DNA from: Bacilli bacterium
GTDB lineage: Bacteria > Bacillota_I > Bacilli_A > RF39 > UBA660
DNA length: 64,000 bases
Direction of reading: 5' to 3'
Assembly: GCA_051872635.1 (NCBI GenBank)
Contig: JBJEEA010000009.1
Coordinates: 7,513-71,512 of the forward strand
Part shown: positions 16,615 through 25,722 of the stretch, one piece after another
Layout of the letters: each line of letters opens with the position of its first letter
Numbering within the stretch: position 1 is the first letter of the stretch
Position numbers and translations under genes: made by a program
The notes under the pieces: model-generated
Database searches by the model: none
Seen by the model: only the letters and a program-made list of their open reading frames with translations
Told to the model about the DNA's origin: nothing

Positions 16615-18885
16615 CTAACTTACAAATAAAGGTTTTCCCATATTTTTTTCTGCAATTCTTACCCCTTTTACAACTGTCTTACTTACATCTGTATCGCCCA
16701 TTCTTGCAATAATGGTTAAGTTATCTATTATTACTTCACCTTTAGAATCGTTTCTATTATCTAATGCTTTGTTAAATGCTTCTACGATTGTATCAAGTGG
16801 TGCTTCAATATTTACGCCTCTTTTTTGGTCTCCCAATATAGCCATAAATTCACTTCTAGGAGGAATTACTGTTCCAGTTGCTAACTTAGGTATTTGTGGT
16901 ACAGGCGCTCTCCAAGTTATCCAGTTAAATGGTTTTATCCCAGCAATGCTAACTCCTTGAATCTTATCTAATATTTTATTCAAGCCATTAAATGGTAACG
17001 AAACGACTTTATTTATTCCTGTTATAATTGCATTTACAACTGTAGTAAAGGCACTTACTATTCCTTCTTTTATTCCATCAAATATTTTTCCGCCAGTAGA
17101 AAAAACTTTTTTTACCCCCTCCCATGCATTAGTGAAAATGTTCTTAAAAAAGTTAGCAACAGTGGAAAATATATTTTTGATTCCTTCCCATGCATTTTTA
17201 GCACCATTTTTTAATGTATTCCACATATTACTAAAAAAGTTAACAACGGGACTTATAACCTGTGTGTAAAACCAATTTCCAACAGAAGAAAAAATGTTTT
17301 TTATTCCATCCCATAATCCAACAAAAAAATCTCCTATTGGTTTTATGACATTATTATATATCCATTCTCCTGCTTTCGAAAGCCAAGCCATAATTTCATC
17401 TTTATATTTTATTATTATTGTGGCTAAAGCCGTTACAGCCGCAATTGCTAAAACAATCCAAGCAACAGGATTCGTTGCATTTACTGCCAACATTGCAATT
17501 GCAACTCCTGCTAGTATTAATGTTAATCCAGTCAATATAGTTCCAAAATTTTCCCAACTTGGGTCTTTAATAAAATCAATAATTCCTTGAATTAGAATAA
17601 CTATACCAGCAATTGCTATTCCTATTCCTAAACTCTTTATTGGTTTAAATCCTAATGTATTTAGTGCAATTAATGCACCTGTTATACCAGCAATCATTCC
17701 TATGACAAGTTCCTTATTTTCTACAACAAAGTTTTTAATATTATTTAATATATCTAATAATTTTTGACTATATTGTAATTCTCCACTATAATCAATACTA
17801 TTATCTGATGAAGTTCCTCCACCGCTACTATTGTTATCTGCTACTACCTCTAAGTTATCAAAACTAGCAAGTGAGCCGCTTGCCTTTTCTCCACTTTTTG
17901 CAGTGCTATCAAGTGATTTTGACAGTCCCTCTGCTTGTTTTTTTGCATCTTCTAAACTAGTTCCAAATAATCCTGATACGAACACTGCTATTGTTCCAGT
18001 TAATTTAGAAAGTGAATTCATTAGTGAGTTAATTGCAGGTAAACAAGCATTATAAATAGGAGCAAATGCAGTCATCAAGTTTGCCTTTATTTGATTTAAA
18101 CTAGATTTAAAAGTATCATTTTGCTTTAATAATGAAGTAAAACTATTTCTTAAACTAGTCAGACCACTTCTAATTAAACTAAATACTGCAACAGTACCTA
18201 TCAATCTAGTCATTCTAGTTTTTAGTTTATCCACTTTTTTACCAATACCATCAAACCCTTCAGTAATGCCGGATAGTTGTGCTTTAATTCCTAAATTCTT
18301 TTTTATAGACTTTCCTAATTCATTAGTTTGTTTTTTTGATTCTTCTAATTTACTAGTCATATTTTCTATTTTTTGTGTTAAATTTTGTGCTTCAAGAGAA
18401 TTATTAGGATTTAATTTAACTTCTTTAATCTTTGCCTCTAATTCAGCTGCCTTTTCATCTAAAGAAATCATTGTATTCTTTAGTTCTTCATTTTCTTTCA
18501 AAACACTTTGTATTTCATTGCCAATTCTGGTTGTTTCACCAATATTACCTAAATTTTGTTGAACTTGTTTTTCTCCTTTTTTCTGTTCAACAATTTCTTT
18601 ATTAGCTACTAGTTTTTTGTCAGCAATATCAAATTGCTTATTTAATTTATTTAATTCTGTTTCCATTGCTTTTACACTAGCAGGTGTCTTTTCAGAACTA
18701 ACTATAGAATCTAATTTTTTCTTTACATTTTCAAGTGCTATTTCTTGAGACTTAATACTATCAACAGATTTGTTATATCTATTAATCATATTTTTTGTTT
18801 GTTTATCTATTTTTTTAAAATCAGTGTCTATTTTTTCTGTATTTAGTCTTGTCTCAATTATAACAGCACCATCACTTCTTGCCAT
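16615..18885 (-). CDS. Tape measure protein.
   Basis: 756 aa. Long coiled-coil N-terminus, a central hydrophobic/GxxxG-rich segment, and a C-terminal repeated W/F-x-periodic region. Lies downstream of the two chaperone genes. Confidence 0.85.
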   Translation of the reverse strand: MARSDGAVIIETRLNTEKIDTDFKKIDKQTKNMINRYNKSVDSIKSQEIALENVKKKLDSIVSSEKTPASVKAMETELNKLNKQFDIADKKLVANKEIVEQKKGEKQVQQNLGNIGETTRIGNEIQSVLKENEELKNTMISLDEKAAELEAKIKEVKLNPNNSLEAQNLTQKIENMTSKLEESKKQTNELGKSIKKNLGIKAQLSGITEGFDGIGKKVDKLKTRMTRLIGTVAVFSLIRSGLTSLRNSFTSLLKQNDTFKSSLNQIKANLMTAFAPIYNACLPAINSLMNSLSKLTGTIAVFVSGLFGTSLEDAKKQAEGLSKSLDSTAKSGEKASGSLASFDNLEVVADNNSSGGGTSSDNSIDYSGELQYSQKLLDILNNIKNFVVENKELVIGMIAGITGALIALNTLGFKPIKSLGIGIAIAGIVILIQGIIDFIKDPSWENFGTILTGLTLILAGVAIAMLAVNATNPVAWIVLAIAAVTALATIIIKYKDEIMAWLSKAGEWIYNNVIKPIGDFFVGLWDGIKNIFSSVGNWFYTQVISPVVNFFSNMWNTLKNGAKNAWEGIKNIFSTVANFFKNIFTNAWEGVKKVFSTGGKIFDGIKEGIVSAFTTVVNAIITGINKVVSLPFNGLNKILDKIQGVSIAGIKPFNWITWRAPVPQIPKLATGTVIPPRSEFMAILGDQKRGVNIEAPLDTIVEAFNKALDNRNDSKGEVIIDNLTIIARMGDTDVSKTVVKGVRIAEKNMGKPLFVS

Positions 18886-18895
18886 ATTGCACCTC

Positions 18896-19456
18896 CTAAC
18901 TGTTTAATTTTTTCATAAATTCATCATCTTCTTCATCATCAACATAATCTAAATCTAATATTTTTCTCATTGACATGTATACTTTTTTCTCATCTTTAGT
19001 AAGTTTGCCTTCATTCTTTCTTTGTCTATAATAGATAAGTTGATTAAACATGCAATCTTGACCTATATCTAAAAAAAGATAGACAAAATTCCACCAATGC
19101 AAATATTCTATACTATTTAAATCTATATTATGTGATTGTCTGATACCTGTATAAATATAATTATCATCTTTTATAAATGAATAAAGTCTTTTACTAGTAC
19201 TTGAATCATTATCATTATTTTCTTCTCCTAAATCCAAAAATTTGATTCCTTTAATTATTGCTTCTTCTATATCTTCTGTATCTACTTCATCAATATAGAG
19301 TTTCTTAATAAGAATTAAATATTTTTCTTCATCAAACAAGTCATCATCTTCAAATGCCTGTATTATTTTTATACAATTTCTAAAATCAGAATTTATCTTT
19401 AAAATTTTATTATTTACTTTTATCTTTGTAGGAAATTTATCAGTTAGAACATTCAT
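18896..19456 (-). CDS. Tail assembly chaperone (second; acidic).
   Basis: Position between the major tail protein and the tape measure protein. Has its own RBS (GGAGTAGGA). Confidence 0.45.
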   Translation of the reverse strand: MNVLTDKFPTKIKVNNKILKINSDFRNCIKIIQAFEDDDLFDEEKYLILIKKLYIDEVDTEDIEEAIIKGIKFLDLGEENNDNDSSTSKRLYSFIKDDNYIYTGIRQSHNIDLNSIEYLHWWNFVYLFLDIGQDCMFNQLIYYRQRKNEGKLTKDEKKVYMSMRKILDLDYVDDEEDDEFMKKLNS

Positions 19457-19460
19457 ATTC

Positions 19461-19922
19461 CTACTCCATTACATCATTTTTATTATCTAAATATTTATTT
19501 ACTTTGTTTTGTCTTGTTTGTTTTACATAAGGCTCTATAAACTCGATTATAGGTAATAAACACTCAGCATCATTCGTTCCTTGTGTAAATAATTCAATAG
19601 TGTCTTTTCCAAATATTTCAGACAAGCCATTAATCATTTTATCTACTGCTTCAACTTCTATATCAAGTGCTTTATCAATTGTTTCAAAAGATTTACTTAC
19701 ATTTTCAAAATCCTCAATAGATTTCAAATCTTCTTTTTTTATTTCTTCGACTTTTTCTAGCTTATCAAGTTCTTTTATTCTATTAGAAAAATCTTTAACC
19801 AATTCAGATAATGTTTTCATTATTCTACTATCATTTGGATTAAATTTTAATTCTCCTAGTTTATTTCCTTTTTCGTCAACAATATCTTCTCTTACAAAAT
19901 TATTTTTTATCTTTAATGCCAT
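19461..19922 (-). CDS. Tail assembly chaperone (first).
   Basis: Position immediately after the major tail protein gene. Acidic helical protein. Confidence 0.45.
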   Translation of the reverse strand: MALKIKNNFVREDIVDEKGNKLGELKFNPNDSRIMKTLSELVKDFSNRIKELDKLEKVEEIKKEDLKSIEDFENVSKSFETIDKALDIEVEAVDKMINGLSEIFGKDTIELFTQGTNDAECLLPIIEFIEPYVKQTRQNKVNKYLDNKNDVME

Positions 19923-19940
19923 TTTTCAATCTCTCCTTTA

Positions 19941-19976
19941 TATAAAAAATAAGGGGGCTTTTATATTTGCCCCCTA
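19941..19976 (-). terminator. Rho-independent terminator after the major tail protein gene.
   Basis: AAGGGGGC ... GCCCCCT hairpin followed on the minus strand by a T-run. Confidence 0.5.
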
Positions 19977-19980
19977 GTTA

Positions 19981-20490
19981 TTATTCTGCTGGTGTAAATG
20001 TTTTTGTTGTAGGGTTAAATGTTCCATAAGTCTTCTCTCCTAGCCAGTTAATATCAAATGGACTATTGATACCAGTGGTATCTCCACCCCAAGATTTCAA
20101 GTCAATTGCACCAGTTTGCATAAATGCTTCATACTCATCATCTTTTCCACTTACTGGCATAGATGTATTAACTTCTACAAACTCCTTTTCAACATCTGAT
20201 AATTCACTATCGTTTTTGTAGATGTTATAAAGAATTTTACTTGCTTTAGAATCATCTCTAAATTTAACTGGATCGCAAGAAGTAACTTGATTTCCTTTTG
20301 TTACTTCAACTTCAGTTTCACCAAGAATATTAGTAAATGAATTAACTTCATTATTTAATTCTCTTGATAATTCTTCAATATCTTTACCTATAATTTCCCA
20401 TTCTTTAGAACTTGCACTTGCTTCAGCAACATTCATAAATATTTTATAAGTGTTTCTTTTAGCCTTTGCCATTTTATCATTCCTCCTCAT
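19981..20490 (-). CDS. Major tail protein.
   Basis: 169 aa. Sits between the head-tail joining genes and the chaperones, with a strong downstream terminator. Confidence 0.55.
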   Translation of the reverse strand: MRRNDKMAKAKRNTYKIFMNVAEASASSKEWEIIGKDIEELSRELNNEVNSFTNILGETEVEVTKGNQVTSCDPVKFRDDSKASKILYNIYKNDSELSDVEKEFVEVNTSMPVSGKDDEYEAFMQTGAIDLKSWGGDTTGINSPFDINWLGEKTYGTFNPTTKTFTPAE

Positions 20491-20911
20491 ATATTAATCG
20501 GCATTGAATCTGATATCTAGCATATTGACTACTATTATCAGTACCATATAAATAGCCACTAGATACTGCTTCTATACTAGTGGACGTTTGATTATTATTT
20601 AATTTAGGTAATACATTTTTTTCAGTATTTTCCTCTAACCAATTTGCTATTTTTTCAAAAAGATGAATATTTTCAATATTTTTCTTATTTTCTAGTGTCC
20701 CAAAGAAAACCCTACTAGCAAAAACGAATTGGCATTGTCTTTCACTGCTTCCATCTATATATTTGTGTAAAATGATAGAAGCTGGCACTTCTTCTATGGA
20801 ATAGCACTCAGCTTCATCATCTAAAAAATCTATATTTATGTCTAATAAAGAGTTTAAATAAGGACAATCTTCAAAGTATTCTTGAATACATTCTATAATT
20901 GATTTTTTCAT
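20477..20911 (-). CDS. Tail completion / head-tail joining protein.
   Basis: Synteny only. Confidence 0.4.
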   Translation of the reverse strand: MKKSIIECIQEYFEDCPYLNSLLDINIDFLDDEAECYSIEEVPASIILHKYIDGSSERQCQFVFASRVFFGTLENKKNIENIHLFEKIANWLEENTEKNVLPKLNNNQTSTSIEAVSSGYLYGTDNSSQYARYQIQCRLIYEEE

Positions 20912-21342
20912 TACTTACCTCCGTCTACTATTTTTTGACATCCTTCGATTAATTCTTCTTTCTTATCAATAATCATTCTGTCAAACCAGCGTTCTCTTCT
21001 GTTGTTATCTCCGCTATGATAATCAAGCGTCTTTGGCGGTTCAGCATAAATTTTTTCTTCATGCTTTTTAGCCCAAGAAGAACCAGTACTTGGAGAAATC
21101 ATTAACTTTCCTTCGTACATATAATGTGCATAAGGTGTATTCCAAATAACTTGTCCGTTACCTATCTTTGTAGATAATGAACCGCTAGCTATTAGTACAC
21201 CACTTTTATGTGGCATATATGGTTCTGATTGTTTAAGAACAAAATTATCAATATATTTTTGAACTTCTCCTCCCTCATTTAAACCACAATTTTTCATCAT
21301 TTTTTCAACACTTGGAAGAAACAGTCTTGCCGTTATTTTCAA
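20911..21342 (-). CDS. Head-tail joining protein (HK97 gp10-like position).
   Basis: Synteny only. Confidence 0.4.
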   Translation of the reverse strand: MKITARLFLPSVEKMMKNCGLNEGGEVQKYIDNFVLKQSEPYMPHKSGVLIASGSLSTKIGNGQVIWNTPYAHYMYEGKLMISPSTGSSWAKKHEEKIYAEPPKTLDYHSGDNNRRERWFDRMIIDKKEELIEGCQKIVDGGK

Positions 21343-21728
21343 TTTCTAACCTCTATGCTTTGCAAATCATTACTACCATATCTATTATCATTTATTGTTT
21401 TAATTGTAAAGTAGTCATAAGTAGATGATTGAAGTTCAGTAATACTATTTATACTTTCGCATTCTCCAAAAACAATAACATCTTTAGGAGCAAAAGTAAA
21501 TTTGTTTGTTTTGGGCTCTAAAGCATTAAATTTCTTTCTATCAACATAATTTGTTAATTGTTCTAATGGAATTATGCAGTGATATTGACTACTATTAACT
21601 ATCCCTTTTCCTTCATCTACTACCATATTACTTTTATAGAAAAAAACACCTGTTAAAAGTGTTCTATGATAATAAACTATATCCTTTTTCTTATAAACAT
21701 TAAATAGTGTCACTGTATGTGGAAACAT
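21339..21728 (-). CDS. Head-tail adaptor protein.
   Basis: Synteny only. Confidence 0.4.
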   Translation of the reverse strand: MFPHTVTLFNVYKKKDIVYYHRTLLTGVFFYKSNMVVDEGKGIVNSSQYHCIIPLEQLTNYVDRKKFNALEPKTNKFTFAPKDVIVFGECESINSITELQSSTYDYFTIKTINDNRYGSNDLQSIEVRN

Positions 21729-22138
21729 TATATCCCTCTATACATTAAACCAGTCCTAGATAAATGTTTTAAACATATAGAATATGTTTCTTTATCTAGT
21801 TCCTTTTTGCTTAATATTCTTTGAGATTGAAGATTTGATTTATTTACATAACTTACAGAACGAGGTCCCACTGTTTCACTGGCTACTGTTGATTTATCAT
21901 CATTTTGATTTTCTTTTAATTGGTTTTGTTCATACAACAGTTCAGCAATTTCGCAAGTAGCAAAAATTACTTTTATTAAAACATAATCTTCGATATTTTC
22001 TTTATCGATTTTATCAAATGTATAATAATTGACTATGCCACTTGCTTTCATTGCAAAACTATCAAAGGAATCTTTAGGTATGAGAATACCTTTATATTCT
22101 GATTTATAATCTGAATATTCTACAAATGCTTCAGTCAT
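21728..22138 (-). CDS. Head-tail connector / gp6-like protein.
   Basis: Synteny only. Confidence 0.4.
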   Translation of the reverse strand: MTEAFVEYSDYKSEYKGILIPKDSFDSFAMKASGIVNYYTFDKIDKENIEDYVLIKVIFATCEIAELLYEQNQLKENQNDDKSTVASETVGPRSVSYVNKSNLQSQRILSKKELDKETYSICLKHLSRTGLMYRGI

Positions 22139-22149
22139 ACCCTATCACT

Positions 22150-22290
22150 TCCTTTCCTATTCTTCAGTATTTTCTTGATTATTTTCAGCATCACCATTAT
22201 TTTCTGCTACTGGTTTATCTGTTTTCTTTTCATTTTTTTTAGTTGTTACTTTTTTAGGAATAAATCCTATAACAGTTGGTTTTTTCATTT
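22150..22290 (-). CDS. Possible small basic/acidic protein of about 46 aa.
   Basis: MKKPTVIGFIPKKVTTKKNEKKTDKPVAENNGDAENNQENTEE. An AGGATGA RBS precedes it. Below the ORF-track size cut-off. Confidence 0.3.
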
Positions 22291-22305
22291 ATATCATCCT
22301 TTCCA

Positions 22306-23163
22306 TTAAGCAACTGGTTTATAAGAAACATAAACTCCGGCAAGTTTATTTTCATAAACATGTCCATATAAGTTGTAATTTCTATATGGGAATACATGAG
22401 AATCACCATTTTGATCTTCATCTGGACTAAAGTATTTGATGAATTGATCCATAGCAGTTACTGCTGCACTTCTTTCAACAATCATAAAGTTAATATCAGC
22501 AGCACCCTCTGCCTTCTTGTAACCATAGTTTTCTTCACCTGTATTTAAAGTAATTGCAGTATACATTCTTGTTTGTGGTACCTCAATAACTTGACTAAAT
22601 CTAGACATAACTGATTTTGATTTATATGTCTCTAAATCATCAATCAAGGCTTTTCCAGTTGGTGTAATAAATAAGATTCTGTTTTCAGTTGATACTTCAT
22701 CTTCATCTTGTTTATTAGTTCCTGCTCTTAATGCCTTATACATTTCATCACCAGTAGTAATAGTTTCTTCTTTCTTAGAAACACCTTCCACACTAGCTAT
22801 TTTAGCAATTCTAGCTGCATCAGTTTCTGGAGCAACTTTAGTTCTTAAAAACTCACTAGACAATTTAGCAACAGCAATTCCTAGACTTTCATCATTATCT
22901 AATCTGTCTATTTTTAATTTTTGAGAACGCTCCTTATCATATTTGATAGTTTCCCAAGTTAATTTAGATGTTCCTTCTGTATATCCAGAATTTCTATCAA
23001 AATCTCCTAAACCATCCATATCTAATTTAGCAACTTTTATTTCACCATTTTGGCCTTTTTTAATTGTTGCTTGATCTCCATCTAATACAGATGTTTTTAC
23101 TTCATTTTTGTATACTTCATCAAGTAATGGTAAGTATACTGTACTTAATTCAATATTATTCAT
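22306..23163 (-). CDS. Major capsid protein.
   Basis: 285 aa. Lies immediately downstream of the scaffold gene. Confidence 0.6.
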   Translation of the reverse strand: MNNIELSTVYLPLLDEVYKNEVKTSVLDGDQATIKKGQNGEIKVAKLDMDGLGDFDRNSGYTEGTSKLTWETIKYDKERSQKLKIDRLDNDESLGIAVAKLSSEFLRTKVAPETDAARIAKIASVEGVSKKEETITTGDEMYKALRAGTNKQDEDEVSTENRILFITPTGKALIDDLETYKSKSVMSRFSQVIEVPQTRMYTAITLNTGEENYGYKKAEGAADINFMIVERSAAVTAMDQFIKYFSPDEDQNGDSHVFPYRNYNLYGHVYENKLAGVYVSYKPVA

Positions 23164-23183
23164 AAATTATCATTTCTCCTTCT

Positions 23184-23747
23184 TTATTTTTCTTTATTGG
23201 CTAAGCCCATAACTTGTCTAAGTTCATCGTTGGTCTTAGTATTTGTTGGTGCTGTTGGTAGTGTTGTAAATTTTGGATTTGCTACATCACTTAAAAAAGA
23301 ACCTTTATCAGATTCCTTTAAATTATTTAACCATTCTGTTGCACCTTGAAATGACTTACTTTCTTCATCATATTTAAAGTCTTTCTTATTAAACTCTGCT
23401 ATAACTCCATTTTTGGCCATTTCACTTGAGAACTTAGTATCTTTAAAGAATTCATTTACTCTTTCATTTCTGATACTTTGTTCTTTTTCTGCCTTTTGAT
23501 TTGCTACTAACTCATTATATTTAGTCTCCCAATCACTAGCAGATTTTTTAATGCTATCAATATCCATATCTTTGTATGATTGAATTTCCTTGTTCGCATT
23601 ATCAATTTGTGTTTTTAATGTTTCCACCTCATTTTTTGAATTTGTTAGGTCTGTGTTTAATTTTGAAATAGCAGTGCCATGTTCTTTCATGATAGCCTCT
23701 ACTTTTTCACTTTCCAATCCTAATCCTTCTAAAAATTCTCTTTTCAT
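23184..23747 (-). CDS. Scaffolding protein.
   Basis: Highly charged coiled-coil protein between the minor head protein and capsid genes. Confidence 0.6.
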   Translation of the reverse strand: MKREFLEGLGLESEKVEAIMKEHGTAISKLNTDLTNSKNEVETLKTQIDNANKEIQSYKDMDIDSIKKSASDWETKYNELVANQKAEKEQSIRNERVNEFFKDTKFSSEMAKNGVIAEFNKKDFKYDEESKSFQGATEWLNNLKESDKGSFLSDVANPKFTTLPTAPTNTKTNDELRQVMGLANKEK

Positions 23748-23964
23748 AATATTCTTTCCTCCTACACTTTTTATCGAGGTTGTGTCCCCGTAGATTTGAA
23801 ATATTTACTAGTCCTATCGTTGCTATGTCACACGAAAAAAATCGATAGAAATATCGATTTAAACCTAATTAATACTTATTGCTCTATTTTCTTGTTTTTT
23901 ATAAGCATATAAATATAACTCTTTTTTATCACTATTATAAGTTAATTCATAGTACATATTGGGT

Positions 23965-24120
23965 ACTAATCTTCATATTGTATGGGGTTTTCTTTTAAAT
24001 ATTCATCAATTTCCTTAGTTACTTGTTTTTGAAATTCTTCATCAATTTCTATTGGTTCATCAATGAACTCTTCTAATTCTCTATCATCAAACATCATTTC
24101 ATTTTCTTTCAATTCTTCCA
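23965..24120 (-). CDS. Possible small acidic protein of 51 aa.
   Basis: MEELKENEMMFDDRELEEFIDEPIEIDEEFQKQVTKEIDEYLKENPIQYED. Overlaps the 3' end of the minor head gene. Below the ORF-track size cut-off. Confidence 0.25.
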
Positions 24121-25718
24121 TAATTCCAACCAACTCTCTTACTAATTTCTTTATTAATCATATGAAGTGTTTCTTGCTTCTTTCCATACTTTTGAATATA
24201 TTTATTTCTTGTTATTTCATTGATTTTTTTTAAATCTTTGGACTTTACTTTATTTATACCATTTTTTTCTAAATAATACAAGTATTTATCAGTTTTTACT
24301 ATGATTGAGTTAATAGACTTATATTTATTGAATGTATCAATATCAGTAAATGAAAAACTTGAATTACTTGGATGATTATGAACCAACAATAAACTATTAT
24401 CTTTTGATTTAATTGACAACATAATAGGCTTAATGCCACCAACACTACTTTTTTTATTTTGATGAACTTCTAATAGTTTTTCTTTGGTATCTATATTATA
24501 TATAAATAAATGTTCTACTTCGTTATTCAAGTTTTTGAAATCTTTATCAATTATATTATCATTAAACATTTCAAAATTACTTTCATTACGAACTAAATCT
24601 TTCTCAATGTATTCTCTAGTATAATCTCTTTGAAGATTATTCTCTTCTAAAAATCTATTATAATTTTTGTTAAACATTTTTGTTTCAATACTTATCCTTT
24701 TTAATTCATCAGCATCATTTAATATTTTAGAAACTTCTCTTTGTCTTTTTAGACTACGAAGTTTTCTTTCATATTTCCTTTGTTCTTGAGATAATATATA
24801 GGTCTTTTCATTCTCTTCTTGGTCTACTCTTTCTGGGTGCTTTTCCCACTCAAAAGTAGGATAAAAAGTGTGCCTACAATTAACACCACAAAGCCCTAGC
24901 ATTTTACCATAGCCAGTTTTTTCATAAAAATTCTCATATTTATCACTTGAACCATTTAGCATATAAACTTTCCCTTGCCAATCAGCATGGACTTCAAAAT
25001 CTTCTTTAGTATATGGTGTTCGTATTCTGGCACCAAAATGTTGGGTAACATAAACTAAATTAGTTCCTAGTTGTTTAGCCTTTTCTATTTGTATATCTCC
25101 TGTTAGTTGATGAACTTTAGTAAGCACATCTCTTCTTACTGTGGATTCTAAGGATAATCTTTTACCATTTTTATATGTGGCACCAATAAATCCTTCTTTA
25201 GCCATCTTCTTTAAGCCTTGTTTTATAGCTTGGTCATATGAATAAACTCCACTAGATACCTTTATATATGCATCAGTTAATATTTTCATATAGCTTTCTT
25301 TCGCACTTTCTATCGCTTTTGTCTGTATTGTTTCCATCAAAGAGTTTGTTTCTTTTATGGAATTTTCTATAATATTCTGAACTGCTAAACTTTCATACAT
25401 TTGAGTTGGATTACTCAGCAATTGTTCATCATCAATGTAATCTTTATATTTGTCTAGCTTAGAAACATCATATCCTGCCAATTTTAGTATTCTTTTTACT
25501 TCGTTTTGAGATTTTCCAGCATACTTTGCTAATAATGCTAGATTTTCTTTATTAAATCCGCCTATTTCTTGTAACTTATCTAAATACCATTTCAATGAGC
25601 CTTCAATACCAGTATAGGTATTTAATCTAATTGCTATGTCTTTAATTAATTCTAATTCTAAATTATCATATATTTTTATTAAAGGTTTTATTAATACTTC
25701 AAGTTTGGCATCATCCAT
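24099..25718 (-). CDS. Minor head (head-morphogenesis) protein of the SPP1 gp7 / Mu F family, fused to a C-terminal RadC/JAB-like metallo-domain.
   Basis: The N-terminal ~300 aa carry the LGLCGVNCRHTFYP motif of the Mu F / gp7 family. The C-terminal ~200 aa contain LLLVHNHPSNSSFSFTD, which reads as a JAMM-like HxH-x6-S-xx-D motif close to RadC HNHPSGxxxPSxxD. Confidence 0.6.
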   Translation of the reverse strand: MDDAKLEVLIKPLIKIYDNLELELIKDIAIRLNTYTGIEGSLKWYLDKLQEIGGFNKENLALLAKYAGKSQNEVKRILKLAGYDVSKLDKYKDYIDDEQLLSNPTQMYESLAVQNIIENSIKETNSLMETIQTKAIESAKESYMKILTDAYIKVSSGVYSYDQAIKQGLKKMAKEGFIGATYKNGKRLSLESTVRRDVLTKVHQLTGDIQIEKAKQLGTNLVYVTQHFGARIRTPYTKEDFEVHADWQGKVYMLNGSSDKYENFYEKTGYGKMLGLCGVNCRHTFYPTFEWEKHPERVDQEENEKTYILSQEQRKYERKLRSLKRQREVSKILNDADELKRISIETKMFNKNYNRFLEENNLQRDYTREYIEKDLVRNESNFEMFNDNIIDKDFKNLNNEVEHLFIYNIDTKEKLLEVHQNKKSSVGGIKPIMLSIKSKDNSLLLVHNHPSNSSFSFTDIDTFNKYKSINSIIVKTDKYLYYLEKNGINKVKSKDLKKINEITRNKYIQKYGKKQETLHMINKEISKRVGWNYGRIERK

Positions 25719-25722
25719 TTAA

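Noticed and set aside
19454-19463. Programmed -1 frameshift joining the two tail-chaperone ORFs.
   Set aside because: The second ORF has its own ATG and a GGAGTAGGA RBS four nucleotides after the first stop. No slippery heptamer is evident and no overlap exists.
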